From Patescibacteria group bacterium (GTDB lineage: Bacteria; Patescibacteriota; Patescibacteriia; UBA9934), in contig JBBTSM010000010.1 in the NCBI GenBank assembly GCA_038064675.1, forward strand, positions 2,977-66,976: a stretch of 64,000 nt of DNA. Direction: 5' to 3'. Of this stretch, positions 1-10,657 are shown one piece after another. The translations under genes were made by a program, and so were the position numbers. Below the pieces are notes generated by a model, which saw only the letters and a program-made list of their open reading frames with translations, did not search any database and was not told the origin of the DNA. Position 1 is the first letter of the stretch, and each line of letters begins with the position of its first letter.

Positions 1-1
1 T

Positions 2-424
2 CTTGCCACCGCTGGACTCGATTTTGCTCCGTCCTTCCTCGATGTTGACGGACTACTAAAGAATTTTGGCTACAAACGCACGGCATCACAGGAACAATAT
101 AGAGCATTCATTCTTGACGGCATTCATCGTGATTCCCCATTTATTGGAGCGCGACCAGGAATGATTCTTGGCTCACCACAGTTTGAAAGCGAAATCTCTA
201 AAATCACCGGTGACCCAGATATTGCAGTAGAAGTAACAAAAGATGAAAAGCTTATTGGGCGGTTAACGCTGGCCGAGCTTTTTGAGGTGTACGAGGGCAA
301 AAATGAGCGGAACGAGATCGTGAAACTTGCTGTTAACGGATATGGTTATTCAAATGCATCGGTCGCAAAGCACCTTGGCTTGAGCAATACAACGATAAGT
401 CTCATTGCAAGAGGCAAAAAGTAA
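2..424 (+). CDS. Partial CDS (N-terminus outside window): IS200-like/REP-associated (COG1943-type) protein with C-terminal DnaA-C-like helix-turn-helix
   Basis: Frame is open from position 2 with no stop before 424. C-terminal IVKLAVNGYGYSNASVAKHLGLSNTTISLIARG is a typical DnaA-C/HTH_17-like DNA-binding helix, as found at the C-terminus of IS200-like transposase-related proteins. Confidence 0.4.
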   Translation, partial: LATAGLDFAPSFLDVDGLLKNFGYKRTASQEQYRAFILDGIHRDSPFIGARPGMILGSPQFESEISKITGDPDIAVEVTKDEKLIGRLTLAELFEVYEGKNERNEIVKLAVNGYGYSNASVAKHLGLSNTTISLIARGKK

Positions 425-781
425 AAGGTAAAGACCTGACCCCGTTCCGTTCAGAAATTCCCTTTCTCTTTCTGCACTCTGGCAATGATCTTGGTAATGT
501 CCGCTTCCGGGATTTCTGATTGAATGCGTGCAAGAATCGTTGGGATCATTCCATCGATATCGAATGTTGCAGGCGCACTATCGCAGCCAAGGATAAGAAT
601 CCCAGCGGCGTAGCTCGAGACGCGAACGTCGTCGGCGAGCGGTGAACCCTCAAGCATTTCCGAGAGAATCTCCTTCGCGCGATCCACGATGATCGCCGCG
701 GTGACTTGTTTGGTGATGCCGTGGCGCTTCAACGTACCCTCGAGCATCTTGCTGATCTGTGTGAGCGAACTGCGCTTCCGC

Positions 782-3718
782 CTAGGCTGGTCTTGCATAC
801 GGGCAGATGTCTTTAAAGTCGCAGTATTGGCAGTGTGGGCCTGGCGTTGCTTGGAATGTGCTTGTGCGAATCTTCTCCATGCTATCGCGAATCTGGAGCT
901 TGAGCTTTTCCTTGTCTTTATCCGTTGGCTCGAAGCTGACGGCGGTGTTCGATTCCAAGTAGTAGTACGTGAGCTTTTTGACGACGAGGGGTGGCACGAA
1001 GCTTTCTTCTGCGGCGATGGCGTACAGCACAAGCTGACGGCGGTCGTCCCAATCGAGCTTCGCCTTTGGCGTGCCGGTCTTGTAGTCGATGATTTCGATT
1101 CCGCCCTCTACATCGTCAATTCGGTCGATACGACCTTTCACCAGAATGCCGTCGATTTTAAGCGTGAATCCTTTTTCGATGAATTTTGGTGATGGCGGAT
1201 TCTCCGTAACGACGCGATAGTATTCCTTCATGATCTCTGTGCCACGAGCGTGGTATTCGTCGCGTGTGTTGTCGTCCGGATACCACTCGTCGATCCATGA
1301 TCGATCATACATGTCGAGCAGATCCTTTATCGTCGGCAACGCGATTGATTCGGTAGCGCCACCAAAAAGCGTTGCTTGATGCGCGGCTTTCGCAGCAATG
1401 ATGCGCTCCATGAACGCCTGGAGCGCATTGTGCATGGACTTTCCAAAGCTCATCTGGTGCTTGCCATACGACGGCACACCGATGATATGCGCGTACTTGT
1501 ACTGCAACGGACAGGTACTGAACGCCGCGATCTGCGAGAAGCTGATTTTGTCGGGAATGTGAATGTTCGCGTCACCGGTTGGCTTCTTTCCTACCTCGAG
1601 CGCCAAACTATCGGCAATGTTCTCCGGTCGAGCCACGCTGATCGCGTTCGTGAAGCCGAGCTCATCCAAGAATCGCGAGATTTTTCGCTTTCGCGATCCG
1701 CCGTAATCTTCCGCGCTCATCAAGTACAAGCCCTCCTTTGCACGAGTCATCGCCACATAAAACAGTCGACGCTCTTCTGCGACGTGATCGTTCCCCTCAA
1801 CTTCTTCCTTCATCAATCCCAGCGGGAAATCGATCGCCTGGGATCGGCCAACTGATGGAAATCGCTGTTCTACCAGGTTGATGACGAATACGTAGCGGAA
1901 CTCGAGGCCTTTCGATCCATGCACAGTCATCACTGAAACAACGTCCGGCCCTTCCTCAGGGTCCTGCGCCACAGCGCCGTCCTCCCCTGCCGCGCGTTCA
2001 GCATCGAACTCTTCGATGAATCGTGGGAGTGTTGCGTCGTCGTTCATCGCGACGAATCGCTTTAGTCGGTTAAAGAATCGCTCGAGGAATCGATAGAGCT
2101 CTTGCTGCTCCATTTCTGATGCGTGCTGACAATCGCCGAGTAATCCCGTCTCCTTCATCATCGTCACGAACAATTCAGTAATCGGTAATCGCTTTGCCTT
2201 ATTTCGGAGCTCGGCGATTTTCTGTTGGAGGTCGATAATGGTGTTTCGACCATGCATCGAAATTCGTGCAGCATCGGCGTACGTCAAAAGATCGAACAAC
2301 GACATTCCTTTTCTGCGAGCGTAGAACATGAGCGCGGTGAGATCCTCCTGCGATAGCCCCAGCCGAGGATGCGAAAGAATGCGGTACAACGATGGCGAGT
2401 CGTGCGGCGCGTTGATGACGCGAAGGTAACACAGCGCATCAAGAATAATCGGCATGGTGTACAGGCCAGACAACGCCATGAATCGATATGGAATACCGGC
2501 GCGCTCGAGAGCCTCGAGGAACGGATCAACGTGGTCGTTTCCGCGCGCAAGGATCGCAAAATCCTTCCAACTTGCGCCAGATTCGTCGTGCAACTTCGTG
2601 ATCGTTTCAACGACTGTGGCGACCTCGTCTTCAAGCGTTGCAGCGTGAATATGATGCACGTTTCCGGCGTGTTCGATATTCGAGATCAGTTGTTTCGATA
2701 ATCCTTCCGAAATTTCGAGCCGATGTGGATTGTTCTTGGTGATCGACGAATACGCAACGTCGAGAATCCCTCGGCCGCTCCGATAGTTGTGCACGAGAAC
2801 GATCTTTTTCGTATCAGGAAAATCCGATCGGAACGTAAGAATGTTCGCGAGTGCTGCACCGCGGAATTTATAAATCGCTTGATCGTCGTCTCCCACGATT
2901 GTGAGGTTATTCCTTGGAGCCGCAAGAAGTTTTACGAGCTCGTACTGCACGCTGTTTGTATCTTGGAACTCGTCGACCACAATATACGTGAATCGCTTCC
3001 GGTACTCCGCGAGAATGTTTGGACGAGTCTTGAACAGCTCGACGGTGTATGCGAGCAGATCACCGAAGTCGAGTGCGTCTTCTGCGATAAGGATGTCTTG
3101 ATACGTTTTGTATGCTCGAGCAACTTCGCGGTGCTTTTCCCATTCGAGTCGTTCTTCTTCTGGCAGCGAATCAAACGCCTCTTCCGATCCCGAAGTAATC
3201 GTTGAGATCTGGTTCTCAACATTCGCAATGTATTGGTCCGGCGTAATCCCCTCGTCTTTTGCTCGTGAGAAATGCGAGAGGAGGAGTTTGAAGAATTTGG
3301 TTGGAGTACCCCGAGGCTTGTAGTAATCGAGCTTGAAATCAGCGAGATGACGGCGCATGAACAGCCAACCATCAACCTCAGACGCAACCGTGAAATCTTG
3401 CGGAATTCCAATGTCTACCCCGTGTTCTCGAAGAACCTTTTCGCAGAATGCGTGAAACGTAGAGATCGATAAATCAACGTATCCCATTGGCAACAACACA
3501 TCCACACGCTCTTCCATTTCATTCGCGGCCTTATCGGTAAACGTCAGGGCCAAGATATTCTCCGGCATCGCTTTCCCCTGCTCAATGAGCCATGCAATAC
3601 GTTTTGTAATCACCGTGGTCTTCCCCGTTCCCGCGCCAGCAATAATCATGAGCGGTCCATCGCCGTGCATTACCGCTTGTTGCTGTTCGGCGTTGAGACC
3701 TTCGAAAAGATTAGACAT
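782..3718 (-). CDS. UvrD/PcrA-family SF1 DNA helicase fused to a C-terminal PD-(D/E)XK Cas4/AddB-like nuclease domain with a 4-Cys cluster
   Basis: 978 aa. Walker A AGAGTGKT, motif II VVDEFQDTN, motif III TIVGDDDQAIYKFRGA, NYRS, and motif VI VAMTRAKEGLYL. C-terminus has GRIDRID...EIIDYKTG...QLVLYA plus Cys in FSTCPLQY and CQYCDFKDIC, a RecB/Cas4-type nuclease with an Fe-S cysteine set. Confidence 0.9.
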   Translation of the reverse strand: MSNLFEGLNAEQQQAVMHGDGPLMIIAGAGTGKTTVITKRIAWLIEQGKAMPENILALTFTDKAANEMEERVDVLLPMGYVDLSISTFHAFCEKVLREHGVDIGIPQDFTVASEVDGWLFMRRHLADFKLDYYKPRGTPTKFFKLLLSHFSRAKDEGITPDQYIANVENQISTITSGSEEAFDSLPEEERLEWEKHREVARAYKTYQDILIAEDALDFGDLLAYTVELFKTRPNILAEYRKRFTYIVVDEFQDTNSVQYELVKLLAAPRNNLTIVGDDDQAIYKFRGAALANILTFRSDFPDTKKIVLVHNYRSGRGILDVAYSSITKNNPHRLEISEGLSKQLISNIEHAGNVHHIHAATLEDEVATVVETITKLHDESGASWKDFAILARGNDHVDPFLEALERAGIPYRFMALSGLYTMPIILDALCYLRVINAPHDSPSLYRILSHPRLGLSQEDLTALMFYARRKGMSLFDLLTYADAARISMHGRNTIIDLQQKIAELRNKAKRLPITELFVTMMKETGLLGDCQHASEMEQQELYRFLERFFNRLKRFVAMNDDATLPRFIEEFDAERAAGEDGAVAQDPEEGPDVVSVMTVHGSKGLEFRYVFVINLVEQRFPSVGRSQAIDFPLGLMKEEVEGNDHVAEERRLFYVAMTRAKEGLYLMSAEDYGGSRKRKISRFLDELGFTNAISVARPENIADSLALEVGKKPTGDANIHIPDKISFSQIAAFSTCPLQYKYAHIIGVPSYGKHQMSFGKSMHNALQAFMERIIAAKAAHQATLFGGATESIALPTIKDLLDMYDRSWIDEWYPDDNTRDEYHARGTEIMKEYYRVVTENPPSPKFIEKGFTLKIDGILVKGRIDRIDDVEGGIEIIDYKTGTPKAKLDWDDRRQLVLYAIAAEESFVPPLVVKKLTYYYLESNTAVSFEPTDKDKEKLKLQIRDSMEKIRTSTFQATPGPHCQYCDFKDICPYARPA

Positions 3719-3761
3719 AGAGATGAAAAGTTGCTAATCTTAGCCAGCACATGGGTGTATT

Positions 3762-4163
3762 ATGCGTTTTCGTGCGACGGCCGTTCGTGAACTTTCGGAG
3801 ATGTTTCGCTTCAATTCTCCCGCGTTTGGAAATCTGGGCCCGCAGGATCGGGTTCTGTTCATGGATCTTTACACTGAGGGATCCGATTTCGCTTGTGCAG
3901 GAATGGTTCTTTTTACGCGTGGAGATCGGCGCGGCGCACTTCTTCTGGCCGACCGCTGGAGCGATGGAAGGATCCTGATCACTACGTGGATCGATGCTTC
4001 GTTTTTTTACACACTTACCGATCCGCGAGTGCGTTCTCTCGGAGCTGACGCTGTTGCGCAATACTGCACCATCGTCAATCCGCACAAGCTCAACGCGGAA
4101 GAAATCTTCTCGCATGTCATGCGAACCATGCTCGAACGTCCTGCCAAGAACATGGGAAGTTGA
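3762..4163 (+). CDS. hypothetical protein (133 aa)
   Basis: ORF divergent from the helicase gene, followed by a GC hairpin terminator. No recognisable motif. Confidence 0.35.
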   Translation: MRFRATAVRELSEMFRFNSPAFGNLGPQDRVLFMDLYTEGSDFACAGMVLFTRGDRRGALLLADRWSDGRILITTWIDASFFYTLTDPRVRSLGADAVAQYCTIVNPHKLNAEEIFSHVMRTMLERPAKNMGS

Positions 4164-4193
4164 ATCATCAGGCTTCCGTCCATCGTCGTGCTC

Positions 4194-4225
4194 GCGCCGC
4201 CCTACGCAGGGGCGGCGTTCTGTTT
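4194..4225. terminator. GC-rich hairpin (cgccgccc-tacgcag-gggcggcg) followed by ttctgttt, between convergent genes
   Basis: Inverted repeat read directly in the sequence; T-rich tail on the + strand. Confidence 0.5.
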
Positions 4226-5441
4226 AAAGCGACGCGACGCTCTGCGCAACAGAAACAGCGAACTGAATTCCTGGTTGAGTGAGAAGGTATCCACCGACGC
4301 CGAACATGATGAGGACGTGAACGGCAAGGACGGCGGCAAAGATCTTTTGATGCTTTGACATCGGGCCCGTCGCTTCTTCTGCGTGGTCTTGTGCGGTAAG
4401 TGTTATCACTGCACGAACGTAATATGCGCTCAGAATTGCGAGAATCGCAAAGACGCACAGTGCGAGAACGAGATAGGCTTGCAACGCGTAGCCAACGCCG
4501 ATCAGTTCGCTGACGAAGAGCATCGAGAATGGTGCGCCGAGGAGAGAGGCAAAGAGCGCGCCGCAGAGATATTTGATTACTGGTCGGGTGCGAACAGATG
4601 CAGAATCTTGTGCCGCATACCACAGTCCCGAATGCGCTACTGCCTGACCACCAAGGTGAATGAGCGCTGGGATTGTTCCTGCTGGACCTGCGCCAACCAT
4701 GAAGGCAACTAGTCCAATGTGTTCGATACTTGAAATGGAAAGGAGCTGACGGTTCTTTTTAAACACGAGTTTAATGACGGAGATAAGCAAGAGGAGAACG
4801 CCAAAGCCAAGGAAGATGTTGTCTGTCCATGTGCCGCCGTCTGCCATCGCAACGTCTGCAATCTGTTTTAAGCGAAGAAGCGCAATGAAAAATACTACTG
4901 GCGCCGCTGTGCCAACAAAGCTGGTAAATCGCGTCTTCATGAAGAACAACCCGAACGCGCCAAGAATACCCACGGCAACCGCGGCGAATGCAAACTGAAC
5001 CAGCTGAGCATTGAGTGTGCTGGTTGCAAGAGTTTCAGCAACGCCACCAAAGGAAAGCGCGCTCCATGAGGACACACCAGCGTCCATCTGCGCCTTGAGG
5101 AACAGCGCCGCTCCCACAACGAAAAGCCCAACGGAACCGATACACAGCGCGAGAATGGTCTTTCGTGCTTTTTCGTTTGCTGCACGTTCCGCATGAAGCG
5201 CAAGACACGTCGCACAGATGACGGCTAATGCAAATGCGAGTGCAAGCACGGCGAGATTGTCGGTGAATAGTGTGGCGATGACGGCGATGAATCCTGCAAT
5301 AGTCACTGAGAGTTCGGATCGATGTGCTCGTGTTCCTCCGATGGTGAGAATGAATGTGCCAACTCCGAGTACTCCTACCAACACCAATTGGCACCACACA
5401 AGAAGATCTACGTGCCAAAGAGAAAGAAAGGCATTCAACAT
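4224..5441 (-). CDS. proton-conducting antiporter-like membrane subunit (NuoN/MrpD/HyfF-like, Proton_antipo_M family)
   Basis: 405 aa polytopic membrane protein. SIEHIGLVAFMVGAG and ALIHLGGQAVAHSGLWYAA resemble the conserved core of complex I/Mrp antiporter subunits. Confidence 0.55.
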   Translation of the reverse strand: MLNAFLSLWHVDLLVWCQLVLVGVLGVGTFILTIGGTRAHRSELSVTIAGFIAVIATLFTDNLAVLALAFALAVICATCLALHAERAANEKARKTILALCIGSVGLFVVGAALFLKAQMDAGVSSWSALSFGGVAETLATSTLNAQLVQFAFAAVAVGILGAFGLFFMKTRFTSFVGTAAPVVFFIALLRLKQIADVAMADGGTWTDNIFLGFGVLLLLISVIKLVFKKNRQLLSISSIEHIGLVAFMVGAGPAGTIPALIHLGGQAVAHSGLWYAAQDSASVRTRPVIKYLCGALFASLLGAPFSMLFVSELIGVGYALQAYLVLALCVFAILAILSAYYVRAVITLTAQDHAEEATGPMSKHQKIFAAVLAVHVLIMFGVGGYLLTQPGIQFAVSVAQSVASL

Positions 5442-5450
5442 ATGAGGCGA

Positions 5451-7187
5451 TTAGCGGCGAAGTTTTTCAAGCGCACCGTTCCAAACCTTTCTGAGCCTGT
5501 TGCCGATCGTGAAGCGATTCATGATGTTTGTTCGGCACGTTTCGATTCCAGTGAACGTTGGAATGCGATCAATCCACGATGCGCGAAAATACCACTTCAT
5601 CAGCGCAATTGCGCCAACAACGATGCCGATAATTCCCATACGCAACGTTCCTGCAGCAGTGACGATACCTCCGTTGAATGTTCCTGCGGCGTCGGTGAGC
5701 GGATCGGCGCCAATGGCGACGAAAAGCTGCGGTAAAGCGAATCCACTCACGAGTGCAAGGAATGCAAGGAGAACGATTGGCGTGAGCTGAGAATCAGTAG
5801 CCTCGGTGACGACGGCGTCAGATTCTGATCGTGATGTGCCGAGGAACACGCCGATGATGACGCGACCAATACTCACGATCGATACCAGTAGGCAAAGGAT
5901 GAAGATGACGAGGATTGCGATGCAGACAATCGCCAATGGAAGCTCCACTGCACGGAACGTCGTTCCGAGCGTTGTCGCAAACATCCATGCACTCGTAAAT
6001 GTTGCGAATGGTGGAAAGCCGATCGCGCAGAACATCAAGATGAATGCTGCGAGCGTGAGCTTTGGCATTTTTGTGGCAAGACCGCCGCTCCGATCAATAT
6101 TCGATCCCACAACGTCGCCAACAAGGAATAGACCGGATCCTGCAATTGCGCTTACGACGATCTGGACGAATGCGGCGAACAGCATGACGTTCATTGCATC
6201 GTAGATTGCCACAGCCTGGAATGCCATGGCTCCAGCAACCATTGTTGCTGCAACACCCAAGCCTTGCAAAGTGATGTTACTGAATATGCGTTGAATATTT
6301 TTCTCGTTGAGCGCACATACTGCGCCACAAATGATGGTGAGCACACCAAGGAGCGCAACAGGAAGCGCGAACCAAATTGACAGTGGAGGAAGGATAAAGA
6401 GAATGCATCGAATAAATCCGTAGAACGCCACGCCAGAAAGTGTTCCGCGAAGCAGCACGGCGTTGTGCGCAGGAACGATGGTGAGAACGTTACGGAACCA
6501 ACGGTGCATTGGGAAAAGACCGATGGTTGTAGCGAATCCAAACAGCAACAATCCGTATCCCACGATGAGTTGCGTTGGCTCAATCTGGCCCGCAAGGTAT
6601 GCCAGTGTGCCGAAGTCGCTAAAGAGCGCACCGGACGACAGAATAAAGAGTCCAGCAGTAATTGATGCAACGCCAAGTTGAGACACGGTGAGAAATCGTA
6701 TCGCAACGGATTTGTGCTGTTCACTCATCGGTAACAACGTAAGAAAGAACACAGAAAGCGTCATTACTGCCCATGCCGCGATGAATCCAATACTGTTTCC
6801 AGAAATCAAAACCCATTGTGTGCCGATAACGATCAGTGCAGTAAGTATTCCGACAAGACGAAGATGCGTCGGACTCCCCTGATGCCTTACTCCGTACACT
6901 AAGGCGTACAGCCCCGCCGCCGCAATCACGATCGATATTGCAAGAAAAAAGATCGCACTGAAGCGATCCAACGCGATCGTCATCCCATAAAACATTGGCA
7001 CAGCCATGGTGAACGGTGCCTCGGCCACAGCACCGTATGCCCCAGCGATCACTCCACCGATTCCGGAAAGCGCGATCAAGAGAGAATTCCATCGGAACGA
7101 CATCGCTGGCTTGAGGAACGCTGACACTACAAGCGCAAGCACCGGGGCGACCATGGCGACGTAAAGTGTGTTCTCGAAAGGTGTCAT
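5451..7187 (-). CDS. proton-conducting antiporter-like membrane subunit (NuoL/MrpA/HyfB-like)
   Basis: 578 aa, at least 14 predicted TM helices. FPMHRWF...PAHNAVLLRGTLSGVAFYGFIRC and GGLATKMPKLTLAAFILMFCAIGFPPFATFTSAWM match PF00361-type signatures. Confidence 0.65.
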   Translation of the reverse strand: MTPFENTLYVAMVAPVLALVVSAFLKPAMSFRWNSLLIALSGIGGVIAGAYGAVAEAPFTMAVPMFYGMTIALDRFSAIFFLAISIVIAAAGLYALVYGVRHQGSPTHLRLVGILTALIVIGTQWVLISGNSIGFIAAWAVMTLSVFFLTLLPMSEQHKSVAIRFLTVSQLGVASITAGLFILSSGALFSDFGTLAYLAGQIEPTQLIVGYGLLLFGFATTIGLFPMHRWFRNVLTIVPAHNAVLLRGTLSGVAFYGFIRCILFILPPLSIWFALPVALLGVLTIICGAVCALNEKNIQRIFSNITLQGLGVAATMVAGAMAFQAVAIYDAMNVMLFAAFVQIVVSAIAGSGLFLVGDVVGSNIDRSGGLATKMPKLTLAAFILMFCAIGFPPFATFTSAWMFATTLGTTFRAVELPLAIVCIAILVIFILCLLVSIVSIGRVIIGVFLGTSRSESDAVVTEATDSQLTPIVLLAFLALVSGFALPQLFVAIGADPLTDAAGTFNGGIVTAAGTLRMGIIGIVVGAIALMKWYFRASWIDRIPTFTGIETCRTNIMNRFTIGNRLRKVWNGALEKLRR

Positions 7188-7333
7188 AGTCTGGAAATAT
7201 TACGGAATAAGTCCCTATACATCGGACGAAGTGTATGGTTTACAGAGCCTCCAATCAAGCAGGTTGTCCACCCCAAAACAAAAGGACCGCAGCTACCGGC
7301 GGCCCCTTTGTTGGGCGGCGCAGTGAGCTGCGG

Positions 7334-7693
7334 TCAGAGGTAGATCACCTGCATCACCCGGAGGCTCGGGTTGGAGATGTGGTCGCGCCTGCCCCCCGCG
7401 TTCGCCAAAGCCGAACTTGCCGCAATCCAACAGGAGCTCAGGGCCTCCTTGATGCTCGACGGAAGTCCGGGATCCTTCTGGCGGAGTTGTGACGCTCCGA
7501 GTTTCGCGATGAGCACCGCGACGAACCTGTATGACGCGGGGAAATCGGGATCGCAGTCGATGGGATCGGTGATCCCCTGGGCGACGAAGGTTTCTCCGTC
7601 GTAGACGTGGAAGAGAAGCTGGAATCGCACATGTACTCCAAGTGCCACATCATTTATAGCAGATTTTCGGCCTTTTGTCGAGTATTTACGCAA
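7334..7693 (-). CDS. hypothetical small protein (119 aa), doubtful
   Basis: ORF in a GC-rich gap between the atp terminator and the antiporter gene. No motif; could be non-coding. Confidence 0.2.
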   Translation of the reverse strand: MRKYSTKGRKSAINDVALGVHVRFQLLFHVYDGETFVAQGITDPIDCDPDFPASYRFVAVLIAKLGASQLRQKDPGLPSSIKEALSSCWIAASSALANAGGRRDHISNPSLRVMQVIYL

Positions 7694-7720
7694 AAAGACG
7701 AGTATTTACTCGTCTTTTTC
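7693..7720. terminator. Rho-independent terminator of the ATP synthase operon (aaagacgagta-ttt-actcgtcttt plus T-run), T-tracts on both strands
   Basis: Perfect 10-bp stem immediately downstream (minus strand) of the atpC stop. Confidence 0.7.
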
Positions 7721-7740
7721 GCCCAGGTTTTTCTTCCTTT

Positions 7741-8181
7741 TTACGCCTCGCTTCGGTGTTGGCGCGACTTCCCTTTCTTCATGGCTACACGATAGCGAGC
7801 CAGTTCGCGTTCCAGATGTGCTGCGGCGTCGACGAACCCGACGTCGTTGGCGTTACGCATGTTCTTGAGGTTGTCCTCCGCGAGCTTCTTTGCGGCCTCG
7901 ATCGCGGCGACTTCAAGCTCTTCGCTGCGCTCTGCCGTGTCGGCAAGTACAACGACCGATGATCCATCACGAACCTCGAAGAGCCCGGTCGAAGTCGCGA
8001 GAAGTGTTTCCTGTCCGCCGTTCATGATTCGCATCTCACCAGCCTTCATCAGCGCCAAGAGTGGAATGTGATGTGGGAGGACGGTAATTTCCCCCATGCT
8101 CGTCATAACCGAAATCGAATCCGCCTCGCCTTCTTGGACGATGCGTTTTGGGGTAACGATTTGGTAGTGGAGTTTTGGCAT
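7741..8181 (-). CDS. atpC: F0F1 ATP synthase subunit epsilon
   Basis: MPKLHYQIVTPKRIVQEGEADSISVMTSMGEITVLPHHIPLLALMKAGEMRI is a typical epsilon N-terminal beta-sandwich. The ORF's upstream ATG at 8214 lies inside the repeat element, so the start is taken at the second ATG. Confidence 0.85.
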   Translation of the reverse strand: MPKLHYQIVTPKRIVQEGEADSISVMTSMGEITVLPHHIPLLALMKAGEMRIMNGGQETLLATSTGLFEVRDGSSVVVLADTAERSEELEVAAIEAAKKLAEDNLKNMRNANDVGFVDAAAHLERELARYRVAMKKGKSRQHRSEA

Positions 8182-8209
8182 AGTGGTAGCACAAGCTAGT
8201 GATTTTTCC

Positions 8210-9754
<1,545 letters not shown>

Positions 9755-10624
9755 TTAAGCGAGTGCCGCGGCACCGCTGCTAATCTCTGCGATTTCCTGC
9801 GTAATCGCAGCCTGTCGAACTTGGTTATAGGTAAAGGTGAGTGATTCCATCATGTCTCTTGCCGAATCCGATGCGTTCTTCATGGCGAGCATTCGTGCCG
9901 CGTGTTCGGATGCACTCGACTCGAGCAGCGCCTGATAGAACGTAGTCATGACAAGGTTTGGAATGACGCGTGACAGGAGCTCCGAGGCATTTGGCTCAAT
10001 GGTGTAGTCCGAGGCCGCTTTTGCTGTTTCCTCCGTGCGTTTCTTCTCCCCTTCCCCATACGGCAACACCGTTTGCATGGTTGGGGTTTGTGTGACGCCG
10101 GAAATGTAATCCGTATAGAGCAGACGCACCCGTCGATATTTTCCTTGGAGGAATCCATCAAGCGCGAGTCGAGCCACGGGAACGATATCGCTGTACTTTG
10201 GAGCGTTGCCCAGACCAGCAAAGGATGCGACAACGCTGTACTTGAGGCGTTGCATGGCGTCCGATCCTCGCTTCCCAACCGCGATAACATCCACATCGCC
10301 GAGCGATTTCATCTGCTCGCGTGCGAACTTCACCATGTTCACGTTGTATCCGCCGGCGAGTCCACGATCAGACGTGAACAGAACGACGAGTTCGCGATCC
10401 CCAGAGCCTGGCGTGAGCATTGGGTGTTTTAGCGAATCTCCAGCTCGCTCCATGACCGCTTCAATGGTGGACTTTGCAAGCACAACATATGGCCGACCGC
10501 GGAAGGTTGCCGACACTGCTTTGCGCATTTTGCTTGCCGCCACCATTTCCATGGCTTTGGTAATTTTGCGCGTATTTTTGACCGACGAGATTCGGGATTT
10601 GATGAGCTTGCGGGACATGGCCAT
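9755..10624 (-). CDS. atpG: F0F1 ATP synthase subunit gamma
   Basis: MAMSRKLIKSRISSVKNTRKITKAMEMVAASKMRKA is the canonical gamma N-terminus. Start taken at MAMSRK rather than the longer ORF. Confidence 0.93.
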   Translation of the reverse strand: MAMSRKLIKSRISSVKNTRKITKAMEMVAASKMRKAVSATFRGRPYVVLAKSTIEAVMERAGDSLKHPMLTPGSGDRELVVLFTSDRGLAGGYNVNMVKFAREQMKSLGDVDVIAVGKRGSDAMQRLKYSVVASFAGLGNAPKYSDIVPVARLALDGFLQGKYRRVRLLYTDYISGVTQTPTMQTVLPYGEGEKKRTEETAKAASDYTIEPNASELLSRVIPNLVMTTFYQALLESSASEHAARMLAMKNASDSARDMMESLTFTYNQVRQAAITQEIAEISSGAAALA

Positions 10625-10657
10625 AGGGACGGGAGGGCAATGGACAAGGGGCAAGGG

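Noticed and set aside
451-1192. ORFs 451..1032 (-) and 689..1192 (+) of 167-193 aa
   Set aside because: Both lie entirely inside the well-supported helicase-nuclease gene, in other frames or on the other strand. Composition is Arg/Ser/Trp-rich and random-looking.
7300-7390. Possible tRNA in the GC-rich gap near 7.3 kb, and tRNAs elsewhere
   Set aside because: No T-loop (GTTCRANYC) with matching acceptor stem could be built here or in any other intergenic gap inspected. No tRNA reported.
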